40,747 nucleotides of DNA from Dehalococcoidia bacterium (GCA_023229725.1 JALNYR010000003.1:1-40747), one strand, 5' to 3'. Positions 16,574-25,428 are shown, numbered from the stretch's first letter. Notes: generated by a model not told the origin, from the sequence alone. Translations and numbers: made by a program.

Positions 16574-16808
16574 GGCTCCTCCTTCAGCGCGCGGATCGCA
16601 TCTTCCCCCAACCGCAGACCGCTCATCTCTCCCGTGTGACCTTTCCCAGCCGCTACTACATACAGAGCACGGAGCGTCCGCGCGGCCTCTTCGAGTGCGG
16701 CGTTGCGCTCGTTGACCTTCTCCTGCTCTGCGCACAGCTTTGCGAGCCCGCCTTCGTTGCGCTCGTCGCCGAACTCGCGCCGCAGAATGGACAGCACTTT
16801 AGCTCCAT
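16570..16808 (-). pseudogene. Frame-discordant locus: Lar-like MELKCCPFCG start joined out of frame to a coiled-coil ORF
   Basis: The strong-SD ATG at 16808 runs into Ser/Arg-rich sequence, while the protein-like, downstream-coupled sequence is in another frame (16570-16797). Confidence 0.4.
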
Positions 16809-16818
16809 CGTCTCCTCC

Positions 16819-16965
16819 TCACTCCGCTCGCACCGTCCCGCACGAGGGACAGACAACCAACGTCTTCAACTCAAGCCCGACCATGAAGAACAAGACCGCA
16901 CCCTTCTCGTCTCGAACCGTATTCGTCAACTGGTCTCCGTCGTACCCGCACTCTGCGCACTTCAT
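16819..16965 (-). CDS. Zinc-ribbon protein (48 aa, MKCAECG...CPSCG), absent from the ORF track
   Basis: Translated by hand; SD GGGAGG; two CxxC pairs. Confidence 0.7.
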   Translation of the reverse strand: MKCAECGYDGDQLTNTVRDEKGAVLFFMVGLELKTLVVCPSCGTVRAE

Positions 16966-16975
16966 CGCTTCCTCC

Positions 16976-17269
16976 CTATTCCTTCCCCGTGTGCGTGCTC
17001 GCCCAGATCGAGCGGCCTACCCGCGCCGCGTCCCCGCGCCTGAGCAGCGCGTAGAGCGAGACTCGCACCGATTCCGGTTTCGCTTGCAGGCACTCCGCGA
17101 GCTCCTTGACCGTCGCCCTCCGGCGGTACGTCAGTTCCTCCGTGATGCGATCGATGAGCGTTGCCGGCATCTCTGCCCGTGACGGCCTCTCGCGCACCGG
17201 AGGAAACAGGAGCCCGTGGATCTCGTCTACCTGCTCTGCCATCTTCTCGAGCTTCGTTTCGTCGAGCAT
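16976..17269 (-). CDS. Winged helix-turn-helix protein (97 aa), probably from a leaderless mRNA
   Basis: ATVKELAECLQAKPESVRVSLYAL HTH; ATG lies 6 nt after a -10 box and has no SD. Confidence 0.8.
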   Translation of the reverse strand: MLDETKLEKMAEQVDEIHGLLFPPVRERPSRAEMPATLIDRITEELTYRRRATVKELAECLQAKPESVRVSLYALLRRGDAARVGRSIWASTHTGKE

Positions 17270-17275
17270 GGGTGT

Positions 17276-17304
17276 ATTGTAAATCATCTCCGTAAGCCTG
17301 TCAA
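17276..17304 (-). promoter_or_regulatory. Sigma70-type promoter
   Basis: TTGACA-17 nt-TACAAT. Confidence 0.85.
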
Positions 17305-17540
17305 GTCCCTACGGCTTCCAGGCTGTAACGAATCTGTAACCTAGGTACGTAATGGGTACAGAACAAAAGCAAAGACTCTGCTTTTGTAACGGTGGTACGT
17401 AACGGTTACAGTGCAGAGCAGTACGGTGAAGTAGAAGGAAGAGTAAGGCCAACTGTAAGTGAGGGTACAACTCTGACGCGTAGAAAGTCTGTAAAAGGGA
17501 CTTGTAAGGCGCGGCTACAGCGATTACAGGTGATGCGCGT
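17305..17540. other. Candidate replication origin
   Basis: Non-coding and lower in GC. About a dozen GTAA/TTAC copies, a 9-bp inverted repeat at 17363-17387 and a GTAAC-G-GTTAC palindrome at 17399-17409; lies just after the replication genes. Confidence 0.6.
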
Positions 17541-17556
17541 CTGCTGCGCTTATTGG

Positions 17557-19755
17557 TCATGCGTCCGCCATCTCTTGGAACAGGGGTATATCTTCCACGG
17601 TCTCGGCGGCGCGGATGTTGCGGCACGCCGTCTCCCAGTAGGACCGCTTGAGTTCGCAGCCCCAGAAACGCCGCCCGAGCTTCACGGCCTGATAGCCCTC
17701 GGAGCCAATGCCGGCGAACGGAGAGAGCACGAGGTCTCCCTTGTTCGACCAGAGGCGGACGCACCGCTCGATCGTCTCGAGTTGGAGCGGGCAGATGTGC
17801 CGCTCGTCTTTCTCCTGAGTTCCTTCGCGGGCGTTGAGGGTTTCTGTCTCCTTGATGCCGTACCAGATCGGACGCGCCCACTCGATCCACTGGTCGTTCG
17901 TGATGTCCGGGTGAACTGGCGTGGCGTTGTCTCCCGGCTTGCGGAATAGGAGGATGTAGTCGGCAAGCGCCGGGCGGCTCCACGTCGAGTCCTTGCGAAG
18001 CTGGACGAAGAGGAGCCCCTTGCTGTGCGTTCGGATGGCCTGGGCTTGCGGGTCTTTGTCAATGCAGACCTCGCCGTGGTAGATCCATCCACGGTCAACG
18101 AATGCCCGGATCACGTCGCCGCGGAAGTCCTGCATCCCAATCACTCCGTGCGTGACCATCGTCGTCGTGAGTTGCTGGACGTGAACGGCGCAGTTCCGGC
18201 CGGGCATGGTGACGCGGAGCAGGTGATCGATGATGTACGTGAAGTGCTTGAAGAACTCGCTCTTCGTCTTCGAGTTGCCAAGGTCTCGCTCGCTCGGGCT
18301 GTACGTGTAGAGCGACTGGAACGGAGGAGAGAAGACGGACAGTCCAACGGAGTTGTCTGCTACGCGTGACATCGTCTCCACGGAATCCCCGAGGACCATC
18401 TCCCAGCCGTCGTGTCGCACCGTGTCTTCGGCGTACTCTGCCCGTGCTTGGCCGTCCCCGATCTCTGCCCGCTCGAACTCGCGGACGTGTTCCACAAGCC
18501 GCTCGCTCATCTTCGTCGCCTCCGCATCCTTGCGCTGTACGTTCTCCCAGACCTCGGACTCTTGCTTGCTGACAACGATCAGGGCTTCCACCGGATCCGT
18601 CTGCCCGAAGCGGTAGCACCGCCGAACGCACTGGTAGTAGGACTCCCACGAATCGGAGATCCCGATGAATGCCATGCGGTGGCAGTTCTGGAAGTTCATC
18701 CCGAATCCGCCGATCTTCGGCTTTGTCACGAGGACGCGGAGAGAACCGTCTTGGAACGCCTCGAAGGCCCGTTGCTTCTCTTCCAGCGAGTCGGACCCCT
18801 GGACGTTCACCGCGCCGGGAATCGCAGCGGCTACCGCGTCCGCTTCGGCATTGAGCCCGCACCATAGGATCCACTGATCGACGCTCGCGTTCACAATCGC
18901 TGCGGCCTTCGCTACCCTCTCCACCGCCGTCGCGCGCCGAACGCGAGACCGGTCAGCTATCCCTTTCATCCCAAGGTGGAAGAGGGCACCGTCCGTCACC
19001 GCGTCCGACTCTACCCAGAGCGGCGCGATGGTCAACGGAGGAAGATCGTACCCATCGTCCGAGTACCCAAGATCACTCGGCTTGCGCACGCTCATTCCCC
19101 AAGACGCAAGCCACTTGTAGAACGGCTCTTCGGCGTGCCCCTTGAGTCTCCATCCGTCCTGATCGTGGACGAAGAAGGCGGACAGCATCTCCGCGCGGGA
19201 CATGATCCCCAGGAACTCCGCGTGGTTCGCAATCTCCGCGATGTCATTCGGGGCCGGCGTCGCCGTACAGCACAGACGATACGGCGTCTCGGAGAACATC
19301 TCCGTGAGAAGCTTGCGCGTCTTCCCATCCAGGCTCTTGAGGATACTGGACTCGTCGAGAACGATCGACTGAAAGTCCTCCGCATCGAACGCCGTCACCA
19401 TCTCGTAGTTCGTGATGTTCACGCCGTTGGACAGATCGTCCCCTGAGCGCGTGTAGTAGACCGGTACGCCGATCTTCACTCCCTCGCACACAGTCTGCCG
19501 CGCTACGGATAGTGGGGCGACAATCAGACACCGTCCTCCGCTTAGTCTCGCCCATTCCAACTGCATAAACGTCTTGCCGAGCCCCGTGTCCGCGAAGATC
19601 GCCGCGCGCCCCTTGCGGATCGCCCATCGCGTGATGTCACGCTGAAACGGGAACAGCTTCTCGTGAATATCTTCCGCGCGGACATCTAGGCCGGCGTTGC
19701 GGACAACAGACGCCTTCCCTTCTAGAAACTCCGTGTACCCTAGAACCGAGCCCAT
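17557..19755 (-). CDS. SNF2-like SF2 helicase fused to a beta-class N4/N6 DNA methyltransferase
   Basis: Helicase motifs DTGLGKT, LDESS, TATP and QCVRRCYRFGQ; MTase motif IV SPPF precedes motif I SPFAGIGS, with HICPLQL between them. Confidence 0.88.
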   Translation of the reverse strand: MGSVLGYTEFLEGKASVVRNAGLDVRAEDIHEKLFPFQRDITRWAIRKGRAAIFADTGLGKTFMQLEWARLSGGRCLIVAPLSVARQTVCEGVKIGVPVYYTRSGDDLSNGVNITNYEMVTAFDAEDFQSIVLDESSILKSLDGKTRKLLTEMFSETPYRLCCTATPAPNDIAEIANHAEFLGIMSRAEMLSAFFVHDQDGWRLKGHAEEPFYKWLASWGMSVRKPSDLGYSDDGYDLPPLTIAPLWVESDAVTDGALFHLGMKGIADRSRVRRATAVERVAKAAAIVNASVDQWILWCGLNAEADAVAAAIPGAVNVQGSDSLEEKQRAFEAFQDGSLRVLVTKPKIGGFGMNFQNCHRMAFIGISDSWESYYQCVRRCYRFGQTDPVEALIVVSKQESEVWENVQRKDAEATKMSERLVEHVREFERAEIGDGQARAEYAEDTVRHDGWEMVLGDSVETMSRVADNSVGLSVFSPPFQSLYTYSPSERDLGNSKTKSEFFKHFTYIIDHLLRVTMPGRNCAVHVQQLTTTMVTHGVIGMQDFRGDVIRAFVDRGWIYHGEVCIDKDPQAQAIRTHSKGLLFVQLRKDSTWSRPALADYILLFRKPGDNATPVHPDITNDQWIEWARPIWYGIKETETLNAREGTQEKDERHICPLQLETIERCVRLWSNKGDLVLSPFAGIGSEGYQAVKLGRRFWGCELKRSYWETACRNIRAAETVEDIPLFQEMADA

Positions 19756-21896
19756 CCTACTGCCTCCTTTGACTCCTCTTGCGTGACCGCCGCCCATCGC
19801 CCCTTGTCGAACCGCTCGACGAGCGCCGGGTGCCTGTCGCGCAGCTTGTAGAGCGTCACGCGAACCGTTTCCTGCCCCGCCCCCATCTGCTCGGCCAACT
19901 CAGCAACGGACATCTTTCCAGACTCCTTGAGCGCGCGGAGGATGCGGTCCGTGAGCGGCATCATCCCGGTAGCCGCGGCGAGCTCCTTCACGCTGTGGGG
20001 GGTGACGAGCGTTGCCCCTTCGCCGAAGTGGAATCGCAGCCCGATCGGTCGCTCGCGCCGGCCATAGTTCATCTTCTTATGGAACAGTCCTACCTCAACG
20101 GAATCTGCATCGTCAGAATCATCACGGCGCGCCTCCCAGATCGAGCGCGCGAGCGCCCCGAAGAACATGTTACCATAGACAGTTCTCCCACTGCTCGGAG
20201 CATTCTTCGCGTTGTGCGCCAGAATCAGCGACGAGACCCCGAGCGATCGAAGCGCCGTGAAGAACTCCATCGGAGGCTGGCTATCGTTGAGATTTCCCAG
20301 TCCACACGCAGGGCCTAACGAATCGATGATGACGAACTCAGATTCTCTCTCACGAATCTCTGCCTTGATCGCGTCTACATCATCCATCAAAGAGCGCTTC
20401 CCCTTTCGGTAAGCGATATGAGCCGGCGGGAGTTCCATCCCAACGCGCAGGGCATACAACCTGGACGCCAGTGCATCCCGCTCGCCCTCCCAGTCTAGGT
20501 AGATGGGGTTACGAAGCGTCTTGCGCACCTCCATCTCCAGGATCCTCTGAGGGGGCAAGCCGATGAGGTAAATCAGGAGGGCAGAGATATAGCTCTTCGT
20601 TGCTTCTGGATCTCCGAATAGGATCGTCGGGTGCTTGTAGAGCACGAGCGGCCAGATGGCGTATTCGGCGGGAGGCGCTTCAACGAGCGTATCAATCTCT
20701 TCTGTCTCTTCTCCCTGCTGTATAAACCGCGTGACCTCCTCGCAGAGATCCTCGATCATCCCGTCCCAGTTCAGTTCCGGCAGCTTCTTCTTGAGATCGT
20801 TTGCCAGTTCCGTGCGGGACCGGAGCGCCGTGAAGGTGAACTGCGCCGAACGCAGCGCGCGCGCCATGCCTGGAAGAGTCGTCTCGATCGTGAGGTGCCC
20901 GCCGATGCGTCCGTCCGAGTGCTCCTTGAGAGTCTTCGCCGTCGCGCGGATTCCTCTCGAAACCCATTCCACGCAGACGGATCGGTCCTCGCAGGTGATG
21001 ATCGGCGCGGTCGGCTCTTCGTCCATCGCCTCAGCGAGAGGACCAGTTGGCTCGCCTTGCCCAGAGTTCGGCCCCGCGGGGTAGCGTTGCCACACGTCGG
21101 CAACCATCGCCTCCGGTTCCTCGTCGGTGTACGCCGGCTGGCAGGCGGCGAAGGCGGCGCACGCCAGGGTGATAGCCTCCGGTTGCGCTACAACTGCCTG
21201 TGAACGTAGGTGGCACACGTAGCGGTAGAGTTCGGCGTGACGTTTCCCGGCCGGGATGCCAGCGAAGACCGCCGTAGGGTCTACTCGATCGAGCGTAGTG
21301 CCGTTTCCTTGCCCGCGTTTGGGTGCGCCGCACATCCACGAGGGTAGCTCGGCGAGTTGGACGGTCTCCGGGCGACTCGACGCCTCCCATTCGTAGGTCC
21401 TCCCAGAGATGTGCGCCGATCGTGGCGCTATTACGTATCCACCTTCACCACGCAGGTCGATCCCTTCGCCTAGCTTGCCAGCGGAGTTCGCAACCTCCGC
21501 GTCTGAGTGGAAGTAGAAGTGACGCCCACCGCCGCCCGTGATGACCGTCGGCGTGTCCGGTAGCTTTCCGTGGTCGGCTTCGAGCTCGGCCAGACTCTCG
21601 TCGCCGCCGTGTCCCGCGTCAATGTCCAGCACCACGAGCCCGAGCGATGCCTTGCCGCACGCTATCCCGATGTTCGCACTCGGGTACTTGTTCCACCACG
21701 CGCGAACAGACCCCTCGAAACGCGAGGCTTGCTTGACTCCGTTCGGGACTACCTGTCCGATCGGATGCTTACCAGGTGAGCCGCACGCGGGATTGCCGCA
21801 AGTACACGCGCCGTCCTTGATCGTATGCGCGGGAAAGACAGCCCATCCACGCTTGGCATACCAGAGCGCGGCCTGTAGATTCGTGAAGTCAGCCAA
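19740..21896 (-). CDS. Bifunctional primase/polymerase (Prim-Pol) + RecA-like (AAA_25-type) helicase + C-terminal wHTH
   Basis: GWAVFP, CTCGNPAC..PGKHP, NIGIACG, LDID, TGGGGRHFYF and IDLRGEGGYVIAP; Walker A-like GDPEATKS, YLDWE, IIDSL and LAH. TTG start with GGAGG SD. Confidence 0.9.
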   Translation of the reverse strand: MADFTNLQAALWYAKRGWAVFPAHTIKDGACTCGNPACGSPGKHPIGQVVPNGVKQASRFEGSVRAWWNKYPSANIGIACGKASLGLVVLDIDAGHGGDESLAELEADHGKLPDTPTVITGGGGRHFYFHSDAEVANSAGKLGEGIDLRGEGGYVIAPRSAHISGRTYEWEASSRPETVQLAELPSWMCGAPKRGQGNGTTLDRVDPTAVFAGIPAGKRHAELYRYVCHLRSQAVVAQPEAITLACAAFAACQPAYTDEEPEAMVADVWQRYPAGPNSGQGEPTGPLAEAMDEEPTAPIITCEDRSVCVEWVSRGIRATAKTLKEHSDGRIGGHLTIETTLPGMARALRSAQFTFTALRSRTELANDLKKKLPELNWDGMIEDLCEEVTRFIQQGEETEEIDTLVEAPPAEYAIWPLVLYKHPTILFGDPEATKSYISALLIYLIGLPPQRILEMEVRKTLRNPIYLDWEGERDALASRLYALRVGMELPPAHIAYRKGKRSLMDDVDAIKAEIRERESEFVIIDSLGPACGLGNLNDSQPPMEFFTALRSLGVSSLILAHNAKNAPSSGRTVYGNMFFGALARSIWEARRDDSDDADSVEVGLFHKKMNYGRRERPIGLRFHFGEGATLVTPHSVKELAAATGMMPLTDRILRALKESGKMSVAELAEQMGAGQETVRVTLYKLRDRHPALVERFDKGRWAAVTQEESKEAVGWARF

Positions 21897-21904
21897 CAGC
21901 ACCT

Positions 21905-21991
21905 CCCAACAGTGAGAGTGCGCGGGGCCTACTGCCGTCTGTTGGACGGCCTAGGGGCCACGGCCTTCGGCCCCGGCGCGTCAGTGTATCA
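21905..21991 (-). promoter_or_regulatory. Extended -10 promoter (TGATACACT) with a structured 5' leader of the replicase gene
   Basis: TGnTAnnnT at 21983-21991, followed by GC stems GGGGCC/GGCCCC and GCCGTC/GACGGC. Confidence 0.45.
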
Positions 21992-22192
21992 CGTCTCGGA
22001 TCTTCTGTACCACCGCGCCATGAAGTCGTGCCAGATAGACTCCACAAGGGCGTCCGAAAACGTCACCGGAAGAGAGATCGAAGGCGTCTCCTTCCATGGG
22101 TACACAAGCGGCGCGCGGCGCAACGTGTCACAGGCATCAATGATCCGCCGCTCGTTCGGTCCGAATGGACGCTCGTTTCGTGCGCTCATCAC
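21989..22192 (-). CDS. Hypothetical protein (67 aa)
   Basis: GTGA coupling. Confidence 0.5.
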   Translation of the reverse strand: MMSARNERPFGPNERRIIDACDTLRRAPLVYPWKETPSISLPVTFSDALVESIWHDFMARWYRRSET

Positions 22193-22470
22193 GTCTCAGG
22201 CGTCAGTGTCGGCGACCGGAACTCCTCGATTGCTTTCACGGGGATTGCCGCCTCGTTGACTGAGCCAAATGAGTTCGCCATGCGCGTGATCTCTTCGGCT
22301 TCTTCCCTCACATACACTCCGGCCTCTCGCAGATCGCGGGTGTACCCGCGCCGCTCAGACTTCCACCATCCGTAATGCTCATACGACCAGATCACGAAAG
22401 GGCCAGCCAACATCCAGTCACGCGCTGCTTGAAGGAGTTCCCTCTCAAGGCGTGCATCGTATTCCATCAC
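22189..22470 (-). CDS. Hypothetical protein (93 aa)
   Basis: SD AAGGAG; IWS.EH.GWW....GYT.DL.EAG.Y pattern. Confidence 0.75.
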   Translation of the reverse strand: MMEYDARLERELLQAARDWMLAGPFVIWSYEHYGWWKSERRGYTRDLREAGVYVREEAEEITRMANSFGSVNEAAIPVKAIEEFRSPTLTPET

Positions 22471-23303
22471 GCACGCTCCTTGTCTCCGTCAAGTGTCGGC
22501 TCGGCTGGCTTCGTCGGCGCACGCCCGTCCGGTGGGATCTCGGCTTCAACGTCGATCACTGGATCTTTGAGCCCGAGCTTCGCGTCCTCCGCAGAGAAGG
22601 CCCGATCGAGGAGCGCGTCTGTTTCCGGGGTGAGGGCCATCGTTTTCGTTGCGAACCGGATCAGTGCCTTGTAGACCATCGGCTCGTAGTCGTCGCGCCA
22701 CGGCCCGGAGTCCCCCATCTTGCTCTTGCGGCGGATGCGTTCGAGCTGCTCGAAGTTGAGGACGACGTGCCGCTGAACGACTGGACGACCGTCGATCACG
22801 TCCCACCACGTCACGTACCCACACTTCAACTCGGTGCGCTTCTCGTACGTGAAGACGCCCGTGAACTTCGGATCGTGTTCAAGAACGGTCGTCAGACCGC
22901 GCGAGTAGCGCCACCCGTCGTCAACGTGAACGAGCCCCACGTCGAGGCCGGCGACCTTCTTCGATCGATAGACGATGTCCACGAGCCCGCGGTATCCAGC
23001 GATGAACGTCGCATCCTTCGAGCCTGACTTGTTGCGGAAGGCGACGATGTGTCCGAGGTTCATTAGGCCCGTTGGCAACAGCCCCAACACCGCCGCATCC
23101 TCAAGCGCCGCCCGGAAACTCATCGCCGTACACTCCGCAAGGTCCGGATGCCGGCGCACGATTGCCGACGCCATCTGGAGCAGTTGCCCAGCCCGCGCCT
23201 CGTTCTCCATGAGCTGCGACACGGACGGCTTCCACGCGCGAAGGTGCGCGTCCAGCGTGTCCCCCGTTCCGATCGTTGCTAGAGCCGTCTCACTCCTTGG
23301 CAT
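22467..23303 (-). CDS. recT: RecT-family single-strand annealing recombinase
   Basis: LAECTAMSF..AL..AA.LGL.P, FIAGYRGLVDIVYRS, IRRKSK...GPW..DYEPMVYKALIR. Confidence 0.9.
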   Translation of the reverse strand: MPRSETALATIGTGDTLDAHLRAWKPSVSQLMENEARAGQLLQMASAIVRRHPDLAECTAMSFRAALEDAAVLGLLPTGLMNLGHIVAFRNKSGSKDATFIAGYRGLVDIVYRSKKVAGLDVGLVHVDDGWRYSRGLTTVLEHDPKFTGVFTYEKRTELKCGYVTWWDVIDGRPVVQRHVVLNFEQLERIRRKSKMGDSGPWRDDYEPMVYKALIRFATKTMALTPETDALLDRAFSAEDAKLGLKDPVIDVEAEIPPDGRAPTKPAEPTLDGDKERA

Positions 23304-24495
23304 CCTGCTCCCCCTTCTGAACGTCAACCCACTCAACCGGAGCGCCGCGGGTAAGCGTGCCAGCTTCTTCAAGCCGCTCCATCGCCGCTTCGATCGCCTT
23401 GCCCTTCTCTCCCTTCGGAGCCCTTCCGCTGATGAACTTCTCCAGAGGCTCCTTGCTGACCTTCACCATAGCGGCAAGCTCGTCGTCCGTGAAGTCCGGG
23501 TGAGCGTCGCGCAGGTAGGTCAAGAGGCCGCGCGGGTCAATCTTCGCGTCGCCCGCCCGCTGCTTGATAACCACGGCATCTCCACTCGGCAACTCGACGC
23601 GCCCGCCGTTCAAGCGGACAGCCGTAAGAGCCCCCCGATCGAACTCCTTTAGCATCTTCTTGAGGATCTTTGACACCATCACCGCGCGTCCGAACTTCTC
23701 GGGCTCCAAGATGCTGCCAACAGTCGGAACCGCGAGCGTCCCTTGCCCGTGCGTGAGGACTTCCACGCCCGTCGCCATGAGCTGCATCCGGCCAACGCAC
23801 ACCGCCACGCGCGGGCAGTACCGGCACGCATCGCCCGGAGTGTACGTGCGCCCGTCCCATTCGACCATCGAAGGGACTTCAACCGCCCACGCCTCCACTT
23901 CCGCGGGATCGTAGCGCCGCACGGTCCGCTCGCCCGTCTTGAGCCACGCGACCCAGACAACAACCTCCGTCACGATGCGGGTGTCCGAGCGGTAGAGCGC
24001 GAGCCCCGCCGCTGCGTACGCCAGCATCTGTTGACGGCAACGCGCGTCCTCGGTCCGCTCGCCCGTCTTGTAGTCCCATACGTGAACGATCCCGTCCTCG
24101 CCGCGCTGCACGTAGTCCATTCCATCGGCGCGCCCGCGCAGGATGTAGAGGTCATCATCGAAGCCAAGATCGCCCGGCAACGAGATCTCAAACGGCTGTT
24201 CCACTTCCGGCGACTCGGACAACTGCGGGCGCAGCACGTCAAGGAACTCGCGGCCACGATAGCAGAGCCATCGGATCTCGTCTGCCGACACGCCCCACGC
24301 AAGCGCAACCGGCTCTACGTCCGGCACGTCGCGCAGCCCTTCGGCAACCATGCGCGCAAGGATCTCATGCACGGCGCTGCCGATACGCGCGTCTGCGCCT
24401 TCCTCATGGTCGATCAGGACGGCGTCGTCCTCTGTGTGAGCACTCGCCGCACACGTGTAGATCCGGTCAAGCGCCGACGGTCTCAGCGTGAGCAC
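23290..24495 (-). CDS. PD-(D/E)xK exonuclease, Cas4/RecB-like, with a 1+3 Cys cluster
   Basis: RPSA..IYTC, GSAVHE, RGRAD, WDYKTG, QMLAYA and CRYCPRVAVC; adjacent to RecT. Confidence 0.85.
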   Translation of the reverse strand: MLTLRPSALDRIYTCAASAHTEDDAVLIDHEEGADARIGSAVHEILARMVAEGLRDVPDVEPVALAWGVSADEIRWLCYRGREFLDVLRPQLSESPEVEQPFEISLPGDLGFDDDLYILRGRADGMDYVQRGEDGIVHVWDYKTGERTEDARCRQQMLAYAAAGLALYRSDTRIVTEVVVWVAWLKTGERTVRRYDPAEVEAWAVEVPSMVEWDGRTYTPGDACRYCPRVAVCVGRMQLMATGVEVLTHGQGTLAVPTVGSILEPEKFGRAVMVSKILKKMLKEFDRGALTAVRLNGGRVELPSGDAVVIKQRAGDAKIDPRGLLTYLRDAHPDFTDDELAAMVKVSKEPLEKFISGRAPKGEKGKAIEAAMERLEEAGTLTRGAPVEWVDVQKGEQDAKE

Positions 24496-24652
24496 CTTCC
24501 GCCTCCTTCTCAATCTCGCGGTAGAGGGCGAGGGATACTCGGTCGATGTCGCTGTTGATGATCGCCAATCCGCCGCCCAACTCCCTATTGATCTCCCGCG
24601 CCTCTTCGAGCTTCTGTCGCAACTCCCTGAGCAGTTCGAGCCTCGTCTTCAC
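24467..24652 (-). CDS. Small helical hypothetical protein (61 aa)
   Basis: SD AAGGAGG and GTGA coupling. Confidence 0.65.
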   Translation of the reverse strand: MKTRLELLRELRQKLEEAREINRELGGGLAIINSDIDRVSLALYREIEKEAEGAHAETVGA

Positions 24653-24837
24653 GATTCCTCCTTGACAACCCTCTTGTACTCTGCGCTCTCTCCGTAGTGA
24701 ACTAGCGCCGATGCAACCAACTCCGTGAGCGTGCGCCCCGTCGCGCGCCAGTCCTTGATGACCTTGGCGGACTTACCACCGCTCGGGAGCATCACCGGGC
24801 CGATCCTGACCATCGTCCCCATTCCTCGCTGCGCCAA
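24649..24837 (-). CDS. Small hypothetical protein, possibly RHH-like
   Basis: WRATGRTLTELVASALVHY helix pattern; start uncertain. Confidence 0.5.
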   Translation of the reverse strand: MAQRGMGTMVRIGPVMLPSGGKSAKVIKDWRATGRTLTELVASALVHYGESAEYKRVVKEES

Positions 24838-25102
24838 GAAGAATCACCTCCTCGTCACGCGTCATCCCGACCTCCGCGATGCGCTGTTCTACCTCGTGGA
24901 TGAGATCGAACAGGAAGCCTCCAGCGTTCGCCGCCGCGAAGCGCGCGAAGTATTCCTTGTCTCCGAACTTCGGTTGCATCCCGTACAGGAGCTTCAACCT
25001 CTCGACGATGCGATGTGTGTCCGCGCGCGCCTCCGTGAGGATCTTCAACTCCTCGTCGAGCGAGACGGTGCAGACGATTCCGCGAGCTTCTCTGATGGGC
25101 AT
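24773..25102 (-). CDS. Hypothetical protein (109 aa)
   Basis: SD AAGGAGG. Confidence 0.65.
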   Translation of the reverse strand: MPIREARGIVCTVSLDEELKILTEARADTHRIVERLKLLYGMQPKFGDKEYFARFAAANAGGFLFDLIHEVEQRIAEVGMTRDEEVILLGAARNGDDGQDRPGDAPERW

Positions 25103-25131
25103 GAGCGCCTCCTTGTCTCTTTTGCCCTACG

Positions 25132-25374
25132 TCATCCAGCGTTGTAGCTGGCACATATCACGCCCTTGTGCGTGCCCGTCTTAGCCTCGCCGAGGTACTC
25201 ACATTGGACGTAGGCAGGGTCTACCACCCAACTGCCTGTGCTATGAGTCGTGATGTCGTCTCCCTTACCCGGGCTCATCCGCTTCGCCTCGGCTTCCGTA
25301 TCTGCGGCAACAACAGCCGAGTCGTAGGTCTCGTAGCCCCTGTTTTTCTCTTGGCTTATCTTCCACAGCTTCAT
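25132..25374 (-). CDS. Hypothetical protein (80 aa), first gene of the early operon
   Basis: SD AAGGAGG directly after the promoter; GYETYDSAVVAADTEAEAK. Confidence 0.8.
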   Translation of the reverse strand: MKLWKISQEKNRGYETYDSAVVAADTEAEAKRMSPGKGDDITTHSTGSWVVDPAYVQCEYLGEAKTGTHKGVICASYNAG

Positions 25375-25395
25375 TCCGCGCCTCCTTCACCGCGT

Positions 25396-25424
25396 ACTAT
25401 ATATCTATCTGGATGGATTGTCAA
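25396..25424 (-). promoter_or_regulatory. Near-consensus sigma70 early promoter
   Basis: TTGACA-17 nt-TATAGT. Confidence 0.88.
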
Positions 25425-25428
25425 TACC

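Noticed and set aside
17309-17556. ORFs crossing the candidate origin (17309-17983 minus, 17392-17949 plus)
   Set aside because: They mostly overlap the MTase gene out of frame or antisense and have implausible composition.
23290-24495. Cas4 as part of a CRISPR system
   Set aside because: No repeat-spacer array or other cas genes are present; adjacency to RecT indicates a recombination exonuclease.
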